NCBI RefSeq assembly: GCF_963921235.1
Contig: NC_086108.1
Location: 16,058,001 to 16,122,000, forward strand
Reading direction: 5' to 3'
DNA length: 64,000 nucleotides
Source of the DNA: Mobula hypostoma
Lineage: Eukaryota
Part shown: positions 61,705 to 64,000 of the stretch, one piece after another
Layout of the letters: every line of letters begins with the position of its first letter
How positions within the stretch are numbered: position 1 is the stretch's first letter
The notes under the pieces: generated by a model
Databases searched by the model: none
Told to the model about the DNA's origin: nothing
Seen by the model: only the letters and a program-made list of their open reading frames with translations
Position numbers and translations under genes: made by a program

Positions 61705-64000
61705 CCATAAGACCATAAGACATAGGAGCAGAATTAGGCCATTTGGCTCATCGAGACTGCTCCACCATTCAATCATGGCTAATCTTTTTTTCCCCTCCTC
61801 AGCTCCACTCCTTGGCCTCCTCCCCATAACCTTTGATGCCGTGTCCAATCAAGAACCTATCAAGCTTTGCCTTAAACACACCCAACAACCTGGCCTCCAC
61901 AGCTGCCTGTGGTAATAAATTCCACAAATTCACCATCCTCTGGCTAAAGAAATTTCTCCACATCTAGGTTTTAAATGGATGACCCTCTATCCTAAGGCTG
62001 CGCCCTCTTGTCCTAGACTCCCCCACCATGGGAAACATCCTTTCCACATCTACTCTATCTGGGCTTTTCAACATTCGAAAGGTTTCAATCAGATCCCCCC
62101 TCATCCTTCTAAATTCCAGTCAGTACAGACCTAAAGCCATCAAGCATTCCTCAAATGATAACCCTTTCATAAATTGATTTCATCCTTGTGAACCTCCTCT
62201 GAACTCTCTCCAATGTCAACGTATCTTTTCTTAGATGAGGAGCCAAAACCGTTCACAATAATCAAGGTGAGGCCTCACCAGTGACTTATACGCCTCAGCA
62301 TCACATCCCTGCTCTTGTATGCCAGACATCTTCAAATGAATGCTAACATTGCATTTGCCTTCCTCACACTGACTCTACCTGCAAGTTAAAGTTTAGGGTG
62401 TTCTGCACAAGGACGTCCAAGTCCCCTTGCATCTCAGATTTTTAGATTTTCTCCTCGTTTAGAAAAGAGTCTGCACATTTATTTCTACTATCAGAGTGCA
62501 TGACCATGCATTTTCCAACATTGCATTTCAATTGCCACTTCCTCGCCCATTCTCCTCATCCAAGTCCTTCTGCAGCCTACCTGTTTCCTCAACACTACCT
62601 GTCCCTCACTAATCTTCATATCATCTGCAAACCTGGCAGCAAAGCCATCATCTAAATCATTGATATACAGTAGAACACCAATAGTCATTTGCAGCCAACC
62701 AGAAAAGGATCCTTTTATTCCTGCTTGCTGCCTCCTACCAATCAGCCAATGCTCTAACCATGCTAGTAACTTTCCTGTAATACCATGGGCTCTTAATTTG
62801 GCAAACAAGTATAAGTCCAACCATACAACATCCACTGCATCCCCTTTATCTATCTCATGTGTAATCTCCTCAAAGAATTCCAACAGGTTTGTCGGTCAAG
62901 TTTTTCCCTTAAGGAAACCATGCTAATTTTGTCCTATCTTGTTCTGGGTCACTAAGTACCCCATCCTTAACAATTGACTCCAACCACTGAGGTCAGGCTA
63001 ACTGGTCTATAATTTCCTTTCTGCTGCCTTCCTCCTTTCTTAAAGAGTAGAGTGACATTTGTAATTTTCCAGTCCTCTAGCACCATGCCAGAGTCCAATG
63101 ATTTTTGAAAGATCATTACTAATGTTTCCACAATCTCTGCCGCTACCTCTTTCAGAACTCTATGGTGCAGTTCAGCAGGTCCAGGTGACTTATGTACCCT
63201 TAGGTCTTTCAGCTTTTTGAGCTACTTCTCCCTTGTAATAGCAACTACACTCACTTCTCTTCCCTCACACCGTTCAACATCTGGCACACTGCTAGTGTCT
63301 TCCACAGTGAAGACAGATGCAAAATGTTCATTTAGTTCATCTGCCATCCCCTTGGCCCTCGTTATTATTTCTCCAGACTCATTTTCTAGAGGTGTTATAT
63401 CCACCCTCATCTCTCTTTTATTTTTTACATACTTGAAGAAGCTTTTACTATCCACTTTGATATTGTTTGCTAGCTTGCTTTCATATTTCATCTTTTCCCT
63501 CCTGATAATTCTTCTAGTTGCTCTCTGTAGGGTTTTAAGAGCTTCCCAATCATCTATCTTCTCACTAATTTTTGCTCTCTCTTGTGCTTTTACATTATCT
63601 TTGACTTCCCTTGTCAGCCACAGTTGTATTATTTTGCCATTTGAGTAGTTCTTCAGTTTTGGAATACATCTATTCTGAACCTTCCTCATTTTCCCCAGAA
63701 ATTACTACCATTGCTGCTCTGTTGACATCCCTGCCAGCAGCTCCTTCCAATTTACTTTGGCCAACTCCTCTCTCATACCAACTGTAATTTCCTTTACTCC
63801 ACTGAAGTACTGCTATGTCAGACTTCACTTTCTCCCTATCAAATTTCAAGTTGAACACAATCATATTGTGATCACTAAGGGTTCTTTTACCTCAAGCTTC
63901 CTAATCACCTTTGGTTCATTACATAACATCAGTATAGCTGATCCCCTAGTAGGCTCAATGACAAACCGCTCCAAAAGCCATCTTGCAAGCATTCAACAAA
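61705..64000 (-). mobile_element. Older CR1 LINE ORF2 remnant running off the window
   Basis: (CCATAAGA)n-type tail at ~61706; RT and linker pieces (ORFs 62491-62883 and 63222-63689). Confidence 0.85.

Overview
Repeat-rich vertebrate genomic DNA, not microbial. The repeat set (CR1 LINEs ending in (CTATGTTT)n, tRNA-derived SINEs, Penelope pLTR fragments, Rex1/Babar, RTE) points to a cartilaginous fish, probably a ray; this is an inference. Most ORFs in the track are retroelement debris or chance ORFs. Six short GT-AG exons on the minus strand (59772-59868, 56668-56797, 47645-47825, 30054-30192, 21054-21178, 13021-13154) splice phase-consistently into an 806-nt open frame. It resembles the C-terminal RGS-like region of RGSL1. 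The intervening and flanking DNA holds: (1) a decayed, internally deleted TIR DNA transposon encoding an XPG/PIN nuclease and a Cys-rich finger (best fit AcademX, 48300-53739), itself hit by a solo LTR and a CR1; (2) the 3' half of a class I-like endogenous retrovirus (integrase, deleted env, PPT, LTR); (3) a two-LTR Gypsy element with PNMA-like gag that lacks RNase H and integrase; (4) Penelope fragments carrying minimal hammerhead motifs; (5) hAT MITEs; (6) two large minisatellites, one of which repeats an exon's 5' splice site 21 extra times. Family assignments come from motif recall, not database searches.
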